Shown one piece after another: positions 60,613 to 64,000 of a DNA stretch of 64,000 bases; positions within the stretch are counted from its first letter, which is position 1, and each line of letters begins with the position of its first letter. The position numbers were made by a program, and so were the translations under genes. Source of the DNA: the human T2T-CHM13v2.0 reference genome, Homo sapiens; NCBI RefSeq assembly GCF_009914755.1, contig NC_060925.1, one strand, 5' to 3'. The notes under the pieces are model-generated. The model did not search any database. It worked only from the letters and a program-made list of their open reading frames with translations, and was not told where the DNA came from.

Positions 60613-62016
60613 TTAGCCTAGGTCTCACAGCTAGGAAGTTGCAAAAAAGATGCAAGTGTTTAATCTGTGTAACTGACATTTTAGCCAGGTACAGTCTCAG
60701 TTGGAACCATGACGGCAAATGAGAACATCCAGAAACCAAAGATAGAAAGAAAAGAGAAGAGCAGTGGGCCAAGGGCAGGACCCTAAGGAATATGAACACT
60801 TAAGGAGCAGGAAGAAAAAGAGCCCTTGGAGAAGACAGAGAAGGAGCAGCTAGAGGGAGACTTGAAGAGCACAGTCTCAGAAGCCAAGTGTGCAGAGAGT
60901 GACAACGAAAGGGAGGGTCTAACAAAGTCAGGGATAACAGAGTAGCTGAAGAGCAGACCTTGGAAATGTTCCTTGGTGTTGAGAGTTAGGTCTGCTCCCT
61001 GACAGCATCTCTAATCTCAGGGAAGCATCTGTAACCAGCCTATTCCCCACCCACAACTCAGGAATAATAATAATAAAAAAACACAGGTGGCTAGTCACAC
61101 ACTGACTTTGGAAACATCAACCTGTTGCTGGTTCACTCTCTGAACTTTGTTTCTCAAGACTGCCTTGAATTTTTTACCTGTCTGGATAGATCTTTGTTTC
61201 TGGGTCTTAGTGACCTGGCTTTCAGTCTCTACCTATGTACACTTCTCTGAGGTTCTGGACTGTTCTCTCAGCTTAGGAAACCCAGCCTTACACCACATCC
61301 TTATTTTTGGTTACTACCCACTCCCACCTACAGTCAGTGAGGTTGGGCACTGACCCTCAATCCACAGGGCTGTATCTCCAGCTGATTCTCTGAAACTCAG
61401 CCTCCATACGGGAAATGAGTTGTGGTCTCAGCTGGTGGTTGCTGTATCTGTTCTGTAGATGTAGCAAATGTCTGACAACAGGGCTGCTGCCTTTGAGATC
61501 ACAGGTTGCTGGTCAGATTTGCCAAGTCTTGCACTGCCTGTTGCCAGAGCAAGCTGTCTGTCTTCAGGTGGGCCTTCCCAGTTGCCATGTTATTTTTTGT
61601 CACAGCTCCAGTAGCTTATGGAGATAGAAGGCTTATATTTGGGGAAGAGGATACTTATGTAAATGGGACTTCTCATGTCTTCTGGATAGTGGCCTGGCTA
61701 TAGTCTGGAAGCCCACACTGTGTGGACACCACTGGGACTTTCTCATAGCCCTGATTGATTGGCAAGAGTCCTTGAAATCTGTAGAGTAGGCAACTACAGC
61801 ATCAGAGTGGGTAAGTATCCAGACCTGCCTCACTCTCAGAGATTTGAACCGAATGAGCCAGTATTATGAAGAAAAGCAAAAAGCATCTCCTCGAAAGTCC
61901 TGCAAGAAGAGTCCCCTCTGATGTGAGGGCACCAGAAACCTGTAGCATCTCTATTATTTTTGTTTAGTTGGAGGCTGCACCCACCCATCAGCCTTCCCTG
62001 ACCATATCCCTCAGTG

Positions 62017-62202
62017 AGGGTTACCAGACTTAGAAGATGAAAATACAGGATGCCCAGTTAAATTTGAACTTCAGATAACAAATACATATTTGGTATAAGT
62101 ATATGCCACACAATATTTGGGATAGATTTATATTAAGACATTATTCAACATTTATTTGAAATTCAAATTTAATTGGTGTTCTGAATTTTATCTGGCCTCC
62201 CT
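62017..62202. mobile_element. MER53 palindromic hAT MITE
   Basis: agggttaccaga...aaaatacaggatgcccagttaaatttgaa and its inverted counterpart ttcaaatttaattggtgttctgaattttatctggcctccct. Confidence 0.85.
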
Positions 62203-63876
62203 GTGGCCACCACAACACCCATAACTTGAGACTTGGTAGGAATTCATAGGCCTTGAAATCCACTGGGGCCCTATCTCTCCCAAGAAGGCAGTGGAGAACT
62301 TTGTGAGGAAGAAAAGCAGATGACTGGGCCTCTGCTAGGATTACTGGGATCCTAATACTGTCTGGTTCCCTCTCCTGGGCCAGCTCAGAAGGACCATAAA
62401 ATTAGATCTTCTGAGTGCCTAGCACCTTGTCTGCCTTCCATCGTTGCATTTGGATGACAGAGAGTTTGCAGAGAACACAATGCCTCTTGACCTATGGCAG
62501 CAGCATGATCAGTATCCTGCAGGACTTTCAAGGGGATGCTTTTTGCTCTTCTTGGAAAATGTCCTAATATATCCTGAAACATCCACATGCAACCTGACTA
62601 GCTATGCTTCATACAATACTCTAGCCCCAACAGTTCTGAGTTACCTGAAACATCAGCACCTTCAAAACAGCACAGAAATGTGTGACATTTCTGAACCAAG
62701 TTCAGTGTAGCCAGTTATCTGTGATTCTGGAGTGAGAGACACCCTGGTCACTGAGGTTACCTAGACATTTTCAAGAGATGTCTAACACCATTTTGTCTTT
62801 TTCTGTGCAACTGCCCTAGTAATGACCTCCTAAAATAGAGAAGGAAGTTTCCTGATGTGCTGAGGTTGACACTATGTTTGGCAAGTCAAGACTCGCTGCA
62901 CCTCTGCTCCAGTACAGCACAAGCAAGCACTGACGATGTGCCAGGCACTGCTGAAAGGGCTTGCCTATATTAACTAATTTAATACTCATGATAACCCTAT
63001 GAGCTATATGCTATTATTATTGCTGTTTTGCGGATGAGGAAACTGAAACATGGAGTGATAAAGTAACTCCTATAAAGCCATACAGGTAAAAAATTTACTA
63101 AGAATAGAAATGAATGCAAGCAACTCAGCTCCACAGTGTGTCCTCTGCACCTGCATGCCAGCTCTACACAGCTGGAACCTAGCTTCATTCAGCATCACAC
63201 TGTTGAGACTGGTGCTGCCAACACTGTGGAGTGGGCCACCCTGACCCAGGAGAAGCTTTATGCCACACTTCATTATCCCTGCGTGGAAAGGGGAAGGGCC
63301 TGTGGTCAAGCATGTTTTCAAGCCCTAGAGGGTCCAATGTGTGATAGGGACTTCAGTCTGCCATAGCCTGAAAGCTCAGCTCATGCTATGCAAGGCAGCT
63401 CACCTTATCTGTGCTTGGGTGCTCCATCAGCTGTGTGCCCAGCACTCAGAATCACAGACCAGATTCTCTATCCTGAAAGCCTGAGTACAAGAGGTAACAG
63501 AGAGACTCGCTCTGGAAGACTATGGCTTGAGTATTTCACAATCATTCTGCTCAAATGATGTATTTTAGACATTTATGCATGGTCTTAATCCTGATACAGG
63601 GCCTCTTGGGGCAATTTGGATTGATGTTAAATGCCACGAAGCTCTTCATAGGAGCAAGGCAGTGCTCATCCCTGCTAGGAAGGCCAGAATGCAGCCTCAG
63701 CACAGCCACTGGCCCTCCCTGAGGTGATATGGTCTGGTACACTACCACAAAAGCACCTGGACCCAAAGCAAAGATACCTCAGGGTTCCTCTAGAGCCGCG
63801 GTGACTCCTTCTGATCCACACTCGCATCTGAAACTCCAGTTTTGGGACTTCTATTTGTTGTCTGCCCGCTTCCTGG

Positions 63877-63988
63877 ATTGATTGATTGATTGATTGTTAT
63901 AGAGACAGGGTCTTGCTATGTTGCCCAGGCTGAACTCAAACTCATGGGCTCGGGTTATCCTCCCACCTCAGCCTCCCAAGTCATTGGG
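63877..63988 (-). mobile_element. Alu monomer/fragment (FLAM-like) with (GATT)n tail
   Basis: agagacagggtcttgctatgttgcccaggctg...cctcccacctcagcctcccaag. Confidence 0.8.
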
Positions 63989-64000
63989 AGGTCTGCCCCT

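Noticed and set aside
61450-61816. Possible cryptic exon(s) ending at tgg|GTAAGT (61811); other strong donors at ~8598 and ~43838
   Set aside because: Isolated splice motifs are common; no coding homology or transcript evidence available.

Overview
Human (primate) genomic DNA, repeat-rich and gene-poor. The + strand carries the last two coding exons and 3' UTR of a SEC22B copy (R-SNARE). It has two CpG-type substitutions relative to the canonical protein as I recall it (R130C, R190H), which suggests one of the chromosome 1 (1q21 / NOTCH2NL-linked) duplicated SEC22B copies. The - strand carries a full-length, intronless ~3.9 kb retrocopy of NUDT4 mRNA (NUDT4B/NUDT4P2 type). It has an intact 181-aa DIPP2-beta ORF, undecayed CpG-rich 5' UTR, Alu-containing 3' UTR, poly(A) tail and target-site duplication (TSD), and sits inside an old L1M element. 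The rest is about 18 Alus (including a near-identical tail-to-tail AluY/AluYa pair ~110 bp apart), several L1, L2, MIR, MaLR-LTR, HAL1 and hAT elements, and a U6 processed pseudogene. I see no evidence for an entirely new biological system. The best candidates for undescribed function are the young NUDT4 retrogene with its imported CpG island and the inverted young Alu pair. The locus assignment and repeat subfamily names rest on recall of consensus sequences, not on a database search.
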